Origin: Octopus vulgaris | Lineage: Eukaryota | Reading direction: 5' to 3' | DNA: 64,000 nt | Assembly (NCBI GenBank): GCA_951406725.2 | Contig: OX597817.1 | Coordinates: 134,540,001-134,604,000 of the forward strand | Shown: one piece after another, positions 37,935 to 52,049 of the stretch | Layout of the letters: each line of letters begins with the position of its first letter | How positions within the stretch are numbered: the stretch's first letter is position 1 | Notes under the pieces: generated by a model | Told to the model about the DNA's origin: nothing | Databases searched by the model: none | Seen by the model: only the letters and a program-made list of their open reading frames with translations | Made by a program: the position numbers and the translations under genes

Positions 37935-37999
37935 GACAAGTCAATGCCGACACACATACATACACACACACCATATGTGTATAAATATATATGTATACA

Positions 38000-40350
<2,351 letters not shown>

Positions 40351-40915
40351 ATCGTTCATGTTTTACTTGTTTCCGTCATTAAACTTCGGCCAAGCTGGAG
40401 CAATGACTTCAAAGTTTTATAGCCGAAGAAATATACAACGAGCAATTTCTTCTGATTTTTTTTTTGTGTGTGTCTAGTACATATTCTATCGGTCGTTTTT
40501 GTCGAACCGCTGGTTATGGGGAAGTAAACAGACCGACTGCGGTTGTTCACTAGTTGGGTAAAAAACACAGGTATAAAGACACACACACACACATATGTCT
40601 GTGTGTGTGTGTATGTATGTGTGCGTGTGTGTGTATGTGTGTGTGTGCGTGTGTATGAATGGGTGTGCATGTGTGCAGATGCGTATGTGAATGTGTGTCT
40701 GAGTATATATGTATGCAGATGCGTAAGTGTCTATTGTAGTAAGACTTAGCTGTGGAGGCCCATCAGATGAATTGTACAAGCAATTGAAATGTCCGACCTT
40801 CAGACGCGCAACCTCAATGGCTCTGCCTGAAAATGCACTGAAACCTGTGATGTACTCAACCAATGAGAAGGTCATATTTCGAGAATAAACAGATGAACAT
40901 GCATCAATAATTTGT

Positions 40916-40963
<48 letters not shown>

Positions 40964-41085
40964 TAGATAGATAGATAGATTTTTGTCTGTTAACAAAGCA
41001 ACCAATGGTTTCAAGTCAGCAGATCTTCACTATTGTTCAAACTCACCATTTCGAAGTGTTGGTACTTCTTCTCGTGACCTACTGG

Positions 41086-41286
41086 TTAGGGTGCTGTACT
41101 CAAAATCATTAAGTCATTGGTTCGATTCTCGGATGGGGCGGTGTGTTCTGTTGTTGAGCAAAACACTTCGTTTCACATTGTTTGGCGACCGGAATGTCGA
41201 AGGAAACAGCTGACGTTTCCTCAGCGTGTTGTAAAAGGTAACTAAAAGAGGTTAAGACAGGATTGCAACACATAAAACCCTCGCCA
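41086..41286 (+). repeat. 201-bp local duplication, copy 1 (SINE head plus other sequence)
   Basis: 5 substitutions vs 43820-44020. Confidence 0.9.
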
Positions 41287-41369
41287 GAAATGCAAAGAGT
41301 CATCGGCCAGCAATGTGGAATCACCAACAAATGGTGCATGCAGTGATGCGCGGTTACATCGCATGCCTA

Positions 41370-41392
41370 CATACTACTACCACTACAACTAT

Positions 41393-41424
<32 letters not shown>

Positions 41425-41466
41425 GTACCACAACCACTATTACTACTACTAGTACCACCACCACAA

Positions 41467-41531
<65 letters not shown>

Positions 41532-41545
41532 GCTGCTACTACTAT

Positions 41546-41577
<32 letters not shown>

Positions 41578-42035
41578 ATATTACTACTACTACTATCAGT
41601 ACTACTATTACTACTATCACTACTACTACTACGACTAATATTACTACTACTACTACTCTCAGTACTACTATTACTACTGCTAGTATTAATGGTACGATTA
41701 ATACTACTACTACTATCACTACTGCTACTACTACTACTACCACTACTACTACTTTTACTACTACTACTATTACTACTATTATTACTACTACTTTTACTAG
41801 TACTACTAATATTACTTCAAGTACTACTACTACCATTACTACTACTACTACTACTACTCACTACTACCACTACTACTACTACTACTACTATTACTACTAC
41901 TTTTACTGGTACTACTAATATTACTTCTAGTACTACTACTACCATTACTACTACTACCACTACTACTACCACTACTACTACTATTACTACTACTATTACT
42001 ACCACAACTACTACTATTATTACTACTACTACTAA
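41370..42035. repeat. (ACT)n-based microsatellite
   Basis: Direct inspection; source of the poly-T ORF. Confidence 0.95.
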
Positions 42036-42104
42036 TTATTGTTATTGTACAACTCTGTGCATTTTAATTTAATTGATGGCAGATTTCGTCTTTACAATTT
42101 TACT

Positions 42105-42425
42105 GGCACTTCGTCACTTACGACGATGATTATTCCCGTTGATCCGATCAACAGAATAGCCTGCTCGTGAAATAAATTGAAAGTGGCTGAGTACGCCATA
42201 GTTAGGCTTACCTTTAACGTAGTTCTCAAAGAGATTGAGCATGACATACGATGTGGCAAGGCTGGCCCTTTGAAATAGAGTTACTATTCGTTTTTGCCTG
42301 CTGAGTGAACAGGAATATGGTGAAATAAAGTGTCTTGCTCAAGGATACCATGCATTGGCAGATATAGAACTCGCGACCTTAGGATCGTAAGCTAAATCCC
42401 CAAACCTCTTAGTCGCGCGTCTTAA
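42105..42425 (-). mobile_element. Older OR-type SINE related to family B
   Basis: gttgatccgatcaac..gcctgctcgtgaaat..aacgtagttctc..aaataaagtgtcttgctcaagg. Confidence 0.7.
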
Positions 42426-43104
42426 CTTGATTAGATACAAATATTCATCAAGCACTCTCAGAAGCCGCTGTTGGCCGATATTCCTCTACTACTGATGTAT
42501 ATTATGTTTTCTTACACACAGTACACCCATATGAAGTATCATTTCCGGACGAATACCAAACTCATAAAAACCATCATCAACAATGCCTACCCGGAACAGA
42601 TCCATCGGGTGGATGGTTGTCGGGAGAGTGCTGCAAAGGTGTCATCAGCATTAAGTATGTTACAAAGAATTTTTAATCTGTTGCTAATGCTCATGCCATG
42701 CAGATATTTGCAAACTCATGATGGTTCATTTAGTTATTTCCTATATCGATAGCGAAATATTTCGTTTTAGCAAGCAGTTGAATGTCAAAGAGATTCTGCT
42801 GATAACTCTCAACGACGCAGAAATGCGTCTCTCCATTATTATCGGGAATTGCTGGATGGCATTTGTCCGGCCCCGATTATATATGTTTTACGTTTAAGCA
42901 CACCAGGTCTATAAGAAGTACTGTCTCTGGACGAATACCACAGTAAATTTTCCACTTCAGGAAGGATCTGCATTAAGACACGCATACAGCGCGGTCTCTC
43001 TCTCTCTCTCTCTTCCACTCCTTCCCCACACTCTTCCTCCCTCTCCCTTTCCCCCTCTCACTCTATCTGTTTGTGTGTATGTGTATATATATATATATCG
43101 TCTT

Positions 43105-43444
43105 GGCACTCCGACGGTTGCGACGACGAGGGTTCCAGTTGATCCGATCAACGGAGCAGCCTGCTTGTGAAACTAATGTGAATCTCGGGGAGACTCAGCA
43201 TGACACAGAGCGTGACAAGGCTGGCCCCTTTTAAAATACAAATACAACAGAAACAGGAAGAAAGAATGAGAGAAATTTGTGGTGAAAGAGTACAGAAGGA
43301 TTTGCCACCACCCCCTGCTGGAGCCTCATGGAGCTTTGGGTATTTTCACCTAATAAATACTCACAACGCCCGGTCTGGGAATCGAAACCGCGATCATGCA
43401 ACCGCGAGTCTGTTGCCCTAACAAATGGGCCATTGCGCCTCCAC
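43105..43444 (-). mobile_element. SINE family B with internal deletion
   Basis: Homologous to 21051-21439. Confidence 0.85.
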
Positions 43445-43447
43445 ACT

Positions 43448-43487
<40 letters not shown>

Positions 43488-43637
43488 CGGCAAAATTGCA
43501 AAAATCTATAAAAAGATTATGAAATAGGTATCAGAAATTTGCCGTGAGGAGTGAAAATTCCAAAGTTTCGAACAGAGCTACTATTACTACTACTACTCTT
43601 ACTACTACTACCACTACTACTACTAATACTATGACTA

Positions 43638-43682
<45 letters not shown>

Positions 43683-43758
43683 CAGCAGTAGTAGTAGTAG
43701 TAGTAGTAGTAGCAGCAGCAGCAGCAGTAGTAGTGATAGTAGTAGTAGTAGTAGTAAC

Positions 43759-43799
<41 letters not shown>

Positions 43800-43819
43800 A
43801 GGTAGTAGAGGTAGTAGTA

Positions 43820-44020
43820 TTAGGGTGCTGCACTCAAAATCATCAAGTCGTTGGTTCGATTCTCGGATGGGGCGGTGTGTTCTGTTGTTGAGCAAAACGC
43901 TTCGTTTCACGTTGTTTGGCGACCGGAATGTCGAAGGAAACAGCTGACGTTTCCTCAGCGTGTTGTAAAAGGTAACTAAAAGAGGTTAAGACAGGATTGC
44001 AACACATAAAACCCTCGCCA
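43820..44020 (+). repeat. 201-bp local duplication, copy 2
   Basis: See 41086-41286. Confidence 0.9.
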
Positions 44021-44478
44021 TTACTACATTACAGCGAAAAGTTGAATGGAGAGAAATAAATGAGTGAAGGCAGAGTTAGTGAGCACAAAACTCTGCTGCC
44101 ACTCATATATTTCTCTCCTTTCAACTTTTTTTTGAAGAAGAACCAAGTCCGAAACGTTGGACTATCTGTTCCTCACAACAGTTTCGTGTTTACTCTTCTC
44201 GTGGAATCTAGGACAAAATATAAGTCTTGCCAATGCTGATCAGCAAAATCCTCTTTAGAGATGGTTTCATCGCATAAATGCAAATATATATGGAGCACAA
44301 AAACACATTTAACACAGACAAACACACACAAACCCCATTTTGAAGATGTACGTCCGCGCGCACCAAAACAATTATGATCCATATACACACTCGAATGCAG
44401 CCATAAAAGATATACTTATGTGAGTAGACTCATAATCGCACATTCTCAACAAACACACATACACAAACGTGTGTGTGT

Positions 44479-44535
<57 letters not shown>

Positions 44536-45045
44536 CGTGTGATTATAGAAGCAGGAAGAGAACTGTAGAGAAGTAGGACGGGGAGGAAGAGGAGGAGAAA
44601 CAAAGAACAAGAAGACAAAGACTACGACGACGACGACGAAAAGGAAGAAGAAAATGAAGAAGAAAATGAAGAAGAAGAAAAAGAAGAAGAAGAAAAAGAA
44701 GAAAGTCGTTGTGGCGGTAGCTTTGGCGGTTGTTATGTTGCTGTTGGTAGTGTTGTTGCTGTTGTGGTGGTGGTGGTTGTGGGTGGAGGTGGTGGTAGTG
44801 GTGGTGGAGGCGGTGTGGCTGGTGTTGGTGGTAATGATAGTGGTATTCAAATCGAAGAGCGATAGTATGAGGTACTGTTGTGAAGGAGTAGCGGTGATGC
44901 CATTTTATGAGGCAATTTCGTCTCGTATTTCTCCGAGATGAATCGATACTTCACTTGCAACAACAACGACAACAACAACAACAACAACGGTATTCACAGC
45001 AAATACGATAATAACAGCAGTAAGGATATTAAAAATAATGACTTC

Positions 45046-45098
<53 letters not shown>

Positions 45099-45307
45099 CA
45101 AAAACAAAAATAACAACCACAACTGCAATAATATAAATACCAAAAATAATCCTGTCATTATTAGCCACCGGGGCCCAGAATACAGTAGAAAAAGAAACTT
45201 GTCATACAAATGAGGTTACAATTCATTAATATTCGTTTGATACATATATATGCGTGTGTGTGTGTGTGTATGTGTGTGTGTATGTCTCTCTCTCTCTCTC
45301 TCTCTCA

Positions 45308-45415
<108 letters not shown>

Positions 45416-45474
45416 GTCTCTGCGTATGCGTGTGTATACATACATACATGCATGCATACATACATATATACATA

Positions 45475-45530
<56 letters not shown>

Positions 45531-45804
45531 TGTGTGTGTGTGTCTGTATGTATATCCTGTATACACAGTTGATGCAAGTATTAAATATACTGCCTCAATG
45601 TACATACACCATTGTTAGGCCAGTTACAAACTATTTGTCTTGAGATTACATTATCTTAGGGCCGTGCTGTGTTAAAAGCACAATAAATATCCGAAGGAGA
45701 CGAAAAACCCTCACTACAGTTGACCAGTAAGAATGCCAAGTGTATTTCAGCAGCAATCGACCAATCAACATTTTCTACGATATAGAGATAGCTATTGGAA
45801 TTTA

Positions 45805-45906
45805 ATAATAAATCTTTGAGCGAGGTAGAAACAGTAGCCGCACTACATCGTGAAGTATATTTGCCACCTAGGCAAAGTGTTTATACCTCGCTCAGAGATT
45901 TATTAT
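45805..45906. repeat. 29-bp inverted repeat (2 mismatches), 44-bp spacer
   Basis: ataataaatctttgagcgaggtagaaaca / tgtttatacctcgctcagagatttattat. Confidence 0.8.
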
Positions 45907-47033
45907 GGCTTCTTTCCACTTTTCGTCACTGGAAAAAGTATATATATATATCTTTGCATTGAGAACCATTTCCCATCGCCAACCGATGGGTGTCACCTAC
46001 CGATGGCGGGTTAATATCCAGAAACTTGGGTCCGTGTGTATCACGTCAGGCGGGAGATGGGAACGATGACTTCCCTTTGTTAATACTGTTAGGGCACAGA
46101 AAGTGTGTCAATAGCCAGCTGGAGGAGATGTCTTCCTGGGGCTACAAGTTACAGTAGCATCAATCCTTAAGTGCTAGCCACATTTAAGTGCCAAATATAC
46201 TTCACGATATTGTAATTTAATAATACTTCAATTGTCTATAACGGATTATCATCCAACTGGGCGGCTTTCGCAAGGTGAGTGAATGTTTTTTTTTTCTTTT
46301 TACTGTTTTCTATTTTGAAGGCAGTGAATTCTCGTCCAGGTACGTTGGGTGACTGTGAATACATCAATGAAATGGCCGAAAGAGGTTGAACTGTATTTGT
46401 CGATCTCCGTAGCTTCTCATCTGCTCTTGTCGATGTAGTAGTACATGCCCTGCTCCACAGTGTCTTGCTACATATTATCCAAGACCTCTTTCAATACATT
46501 CTATAAAGACTTGTTTATGTGAGTTCTGCTTCTTTAATAATATGAGGTGTTATCGGCTTCCTCGCACTTTCCTAGTTGAATTCAACAGGTAAGGACGCGC
46601 CATCTTGTGTGACACATCCTTATCTACTCCTCCTTTTTCTTCGTCTAGTTATTCATTTGCCCAAATGGCGAAATGGTGGTTTTCTTGGGTGGGGAGCTAA
46701 CGTTACAATTAATACGGTTCGCTTTCCAATTTAGTAAACGTTTCCAACACTAAATATTTGTATATCTTGCATTGTTTCACCGCAATTTTGGTTAATCGTT
46801 TTTTACTTCTTACGTTTAAATATACTTCTGCGGCTGATAGTTGTTGTTGTGGTTGATCATGATGATGATTATGATGATAACGCGTAGGAAGAAAATAATT
46901 TGCAAACCTGGCAAAAACGTGAATGCTCTCCTGTGCCTAAATCTATAAATTGGACACGGTCATTTCTCATGTTACTGATACCTTAGCAGTCTAGGTTTAT
47001 ACATGCTTGTATATGTGTATGCATGTACACACG

Positions 47034-47107
<74 letters not shown>

Positions 47108-47477
47108 TATATATATTTACATATAATTTACCAATCCGTGATGGAAAATTTAACAAAAAAGTACTCCATCTGGTGAGAGACAAATATTGTTGCTGTGTGG
47201 TTAGAAGTTTGCTTCTCAACCACAAGGTTCTAAGTTCAGTCCCACTGCGCAGTTCTTTTGGGAAAGTGTCTTCTACTATAGCCTCCCGTTGACCAAAGCC
47301 TTGTGAGTGGATCTGACAGACGGAAACTGAAAGAATCCCGTCATAAATGCATGCTCATATGTATGTATATGATAAATAAATAAGCGAAATACAAACACAA
47401 GAAAAATAAAACAACAGTGCGAGGATGTGGTACATGCAAAGTATTAGCAGACACTCAGGGAAGGAAAGAAAGGTGGT

Positions 47478-47510
47478 TTTTACGTTTCGAGCAAAGCTCT
47501 TCTTCAGAAA
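47478..47510 (-). ncRNA. Minimal hammerhead motif with canonical core (family H2)
   Basis: Minus: TTT CTGAAGA A GAGC-ttt-GCTC GAAA CG TA AAA. Confidence 0.65.
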
Positions 47511-48080
47511 CAGGAGACAGAGGAAAGCCCAAGAGAAAAAGAAGACAGGGGCAAAAAATTCGCCAACGATTCACATGTTACATATATATTTGCGGCACCT
47601 GACAGAGTGTTTGTCCAGGATAGGACTATACAGTCACAGCAGGAGATGTATTAGGACATGACATGTAAAAGCCGGACTAGATCATTTTATGCGCAACTCC
47701 ATTGTCTCCCGAGACAAAAAGGATGCCAACAACAACAACAAATATATATATAAATATATGTCTGTGTGTGTGTGTGTGTGTGAGTGTGTGTGTGTATGTG
47801 TAGCTGACTACCCGCTTTTAGGGAGTCTATTTATAAATTATTTAGTTTTCTAATTCCTATTCATATATCCTTTTGTTGCATTCTTTAATGTTGTAGTGTC
47901 TGTCCTTGACAGTGGCAGCTCCTGTATAGGAACTGCGGAACTGCAGCGCCCCCTATTTCCACTTGATAATATCGATAACATTCAATATAACGAGTACTTT
48001 ATACTTTAATTCTTTCTTTATACTCGTACATTATATAATCCTTAAACCTAATGTCAGTAGTTTATGAAAAAAAATCCTTT

Positions 48081-48150
48081 CATTATTTACATTTGACGGA
48101 TATTTGTCCTCATCACGATGAGGACAAATACCCGTCAAATGTAAATAATG
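48081..48150. repeat. 70-bp hairpin (34-bp arms, 1 mismatch) built from the sequence that follows the 13902 hammerhead
   Basis: cattatttacatttgacggatatttgtcctcatc-ac-gatgaggacaaatacccgtcaaatgtaaataatg; compare gatgagg.caaatgtaaataatgtaaataatg at 13960-13991. Confidence 0.8.
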
Positions 48151-48699
48151 TAAATAATGTGCATAATTCTTCATCTCTTAAATATAGAACTGTACAAAAA
48201 TCATTGAATAAAACTGTGCGCTTCACAGTTCCAGCGACGCGGTGTGTGGCTGTTGTACGCATGCTCATATGTCTGAGATAGGAAGCTTCACACTAGGGAG
48301 AGAGATTATTGCATGAACGACAGTGCCAGATGAAAGATGTTTCTTTTTACCAGTGCGTGTGTTGTGCTTAAAAACGTGTCTATATTCTTGAATGTGATAA
48401 GGTGTAGAATTAGATTATTATCCTGCTTCCAGTTTCAGTGTTGCTGCCAGGACCTGAAAAATAGGGTACACCCCCGCCCTTATTTTGTGATTTAAGGGGG
48501 ATTTTTGAAAAACAAAGGGGGAATTCGCGGCAGTGTTTAGCGAACAAATTAAACACACTCCCCGGCAATGGCTAAAACGCGAACCGATCAAGTTTATGTA
48601 TAAATTTTCTTTTTATGTTTGTTTCTTTTTATAGAATATTAAAACAACAGCTAAAAATTTTCTGAAGCAGCACCCCAACTAATTTTATTTACAAGCTGC

Positions 48700-48982
48700 C
48701 ACTGGTCCTTGAGCGATATTTTGTGTATTGTATCTCGTCTTTTGTTATTGCCTTCCATGTTTCGGGCCCTCGTGGCTAATAAAAGATATTACTATTGTTA
48801 CATCAATTTACTTCTCACAGCTCCCAATCTCACTTACTCCGGTTCATTCTGCGACAGCAGACGGCAAGCTTTTGTCAAAGGTTTCACAGGGTTTCTTCTC
48901 ACGATACTTAACACCCAAGTACCAAACTCAAAATCCTCCACCCCCCACCGCCGTCCCCAACAAAGTAGTTTTTCGAGCAAAT
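48700..48982 (-). mobile_element. R4/Dong-like 3' terminal fragment (similar to the 9250-10570 family)
   Basis: Minus: KTTLLGTA, then UTR sharing a.accctgtga.acct.tga with ~9317-9337; adjoins a (TTA)n tract. Confidence 0.55.
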
Positions 48983-48987
48983 TATTA

Positions 48988-49072
<85 letters not shown>

Positions 49073-49086
49073 CATTATTATTTTAT

Positions 49087-49164
49087 TGTTTCTGCACAGC
49101 TTCTAACGCCGGAGATGTATAACGGTGTCAGTTGTTCACAACCAGTGAACTGATGTAGCACCCC

Positions 49165-49165
<1 letters not shown>
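49087..49165 (-). mobile_element. ~80-bp 3'UTR-only copy of the R4/Dong family at 32505-32940, inside (TTA)n
   Basis: Reverse complement matches 32837-32915 (agttcactggt.gtgaaca.ctgac.c.gt..tacatctcc..cgttagaagc.gtgca). Confidence 0.8.
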
Positions 49166-49250
<85 letters not shown>

Positions 49251-50297
49251 TTCATTGCCAAGAGAGCAATATTATACATTTGCAATTTAATGTTGTTGTT
49301 CCATCATTTCTGTAGACAGCGTTCCACTACTTCACCAATCTCTAGATCTATTTAACCGCCATTGTAGCATTATAAGTTACTCTCACACACGCACATATAC
49401 ACACACATCACATCACACGCTCACACACCATTAGTGTCAGCAATAACCTAACCTAACCTGCCTGTCTGTCTGTCTCTCTGTCTGTCTGCCTGTCTGTCTG
49501 CCCGTCTGTGTTAGTGTCTGTCGTAAGTTCAGCTAAGTGGACCGGAAAGTAACCCACTGCTCCGCCCGGAAAACGTTCCAACAGTAGTAGCAGCAGCAGC
49601 AGCAGCAGTAGCAGCAGTAGCAGCGAAGTATTAATGTACAATGATTGAAGCCTGTAGGTGGGCTCCTAGGTATGCTAGAAACACAAGTCAAATCTCACTC
49701 AGTTTACACACTGCGGACATCAAAATGTTTGCATAACTGCTAAACAAATGGCTCGGTCACGGTTGGCGTGTCTTTGATTATAAGTCTGTTGAATGAAGGT
49801 TGATCTAAAATTAATCAATTCAATAAAATTAGGTACGGTGGAGGGGAGAGGGTCTGTGCGCGACATGCAAGAAATAACAGTCGAATATTTCACAAATAAC
49901 ACACTGCTGTCTTGAAAGAGAGAGAGGGAGGAGAGGGGGGGAGAGAGCAAGCGAGAGAGAGAGGGGAGGAGATGGGGGAAGAGAGGGAGCGAGAGAGACA
50001 GAGGGAGGGGAGAGAGAGGGAGCAAGAGAGAGAGAGAGAAAGAGAGAGAGAAATAAACTGGAAAATAAAAAAGAACAGGCAATATTAAGTAATGTAGTGG
50101 CTGAAAAGTGTAGAAAGCGGTGATGGTCACGGTTGGAAACTGTGATTAATCGAAGCTGATCTGGGACTAAACAAGAACAGCATCAAAATGTCTCCACACA
50201 GACACACCTGACATTTCTCTCCCTCCCTCCCTCCTTCCCCTTCCATAAACATTCTAATTCATTATATTTCTCTGTCTCTCTCTTTCTCTCATACCAT

Positions 50298-50317
50298 TGA
50301 CGTCACAGCACACGTGA
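50298..50317. promoter_or_regulatory. Adjacent CRE and CACGTGAC E-box
   Basis: TGACGTCAcagcaCACGTGAC in a unique island between simple repeats. Confidence 0.3.
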
Positions 50318-50399
50318 CCGCAAATGGATTGCTTGCAGAAAATCTAAATTATACACTGTGAGCTTTTATTTCAACAGCCGGGAATCGTTGTTTTTGTTG

Positions 50400-51880
50400 T
50401 TATTGGTGGAGGCGCTGGTGTCGGCGGCGGGGCGGGGAGTGATGTGGGGGTGATTGTTATGATGACAGTCTTGACGATGTTGATGATGGTGATGATGATG
50501 GTGGTGGCAGGTAATAGTGGCGGTGATGTTGATGAGAGTGATGGTAAGGTTGATGGGTAACGGTTTAAAGGTGATGGTGGTGGTGGCTGCGGTGGTGGCG
50601 ATAGCGGGGGGGTTAACGTGGTGGCGATGATGATACTGCTGATGGTGATGGTACTAATGCTGCGTTCATGTGGTTGATACTAATGGATGTGGAGCTTGTG
50701 ACGGCGGCGGCGGTGGTGGTGGCTTGTTGTGTGGTTGTGACGCGCTGATGGTAGTGGGAGTCGGAGTGGTAATGCCGCTGATTGTAATGATGATGATGAT
50801 AATGATGATGAGTGGGTGATGGTAGTGATGGTGGTGGCGGTGGTGGTCATGTATTTGGTGAGGTGTTTGTGGTGCTGGCTGTGGTAAGGAGGGGTGTCGG
50901 TGGTGGTAGTGCTGGTGGTGCTGGTGGTGGTGGTGGTAATGAGGAGTGTCGGTGGTGGTGGTGGTAATGAGAAGTGTTGGTGGTGGTGGTGGTGGTGGTG
51001 GTAGAAGTGGTGATGGCGTTGGTGACGGTGACGGTGGTGGCGACGGTGCGGCTGTGATGGTGACGGCGATGGCACTGTTACTGGTGGTCGTGGTGATAGT
51101 GATCGCGATGATGATGATGACGATGATGATGATGATGGTGATGACGATGATGATGATGATGGTGATAATTGAGTTGATGGTGATGGTAGAGGTGGTGTCG
51201 GTGATGATGATGATGTTATCTAGCAATGGTACTGAGGGGTAGAGGCGATGCTGGTGTCATGGTCCCGGTTGTAGTATTAGTGGTGGCTACAGCGGTGATA
51301 CTCCAACCGTGCCGCTGGCTCTAGTAGTTCTTATAACTGCTCTGTCTATTGACAATGTTGACACCATAGCAGACAGCCGCTAGGTGGTGATGGCGTTGCT
51401 GATGATGGTGGTGTTGGTGGTGATGATGGTGATGATGGTGGTGGTGGTGGTGGTGGTGGTGGTGGTGGTGGTGGACGTATGCACACACGTTAGGTGGTGC
51501 TTTTAATAGACGTTATGGTAATAGTAGTAGTAGTAGAAGTAGTAGTAGTAGAAGTAGTAGTAGTAGTTGTTTTTTATTTGTAAATTTGTTGTTGCTGCTG
51601 ATGATGGTGACTGTGATGTCATACACCCAACCCCCTAACACATTAGTTTCCTCCCCCACACCCCCTCTTTATCCGGTTTCATGTCACCTACACAGAGAGA
51701 GATATACGCAAACACACAAACTGCGACCTTTGTTGCAATGCCCTTTCCATCCGACACGGCCTACCTGTGACAGAGGAGAGAACTACTCATCACCTTCACC
51801 ATCATCATCATCATCACCACCACCACCATCATCATCATTATCATCATCATCATCATCATCACCACCAACACCACTACCAC

Positions 51881-51930
<50 letters not shown>

Positions 51931-52049
51931 CCACCACCACCACCACCACCACCGCCATTATCATAATCATCAATTTTGTCATCACCATTTTTAATACCAT
52001 TACTACTACAACCATCGCTTCTACTACAACCATTATTATTATTATTATT
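50400..52049. repeat. Degenerate (GGT)/(GAT)/(AGT) and (CAT)/(CAC) trinucleotide fields with small unique islands
   Basis: Direct inspection. Confidence 0.85.

Noticed and set aside
40742-40890. Short frame [16 protein letters not shown]..., reminiscent of a P-element/THAP transposase C-terminus
   Set aside because: Under 50 codons with one weak motif; cannot be supported by eye.
41313-42072. Thr-rich mucin-like ORF
   Set aside because: Almost purely (ACT)n, with no signal peptide, domain or splice context.
42471-42830. 93-aa ORF, or minus-strand RTE-like words (NLFDIQLLAKTK; LNADD)
   Set aside because: The + ORF has no recognisable features; the minus-strand similarity is fragmentary, so it is left unannotated.
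41086-44020. LTR retrotransposon/TRIM defined by the 201-bp direct repeats
   Set aside because: No TG start, TSD, PBS or PPT; interior is microsatellites and SINEs.
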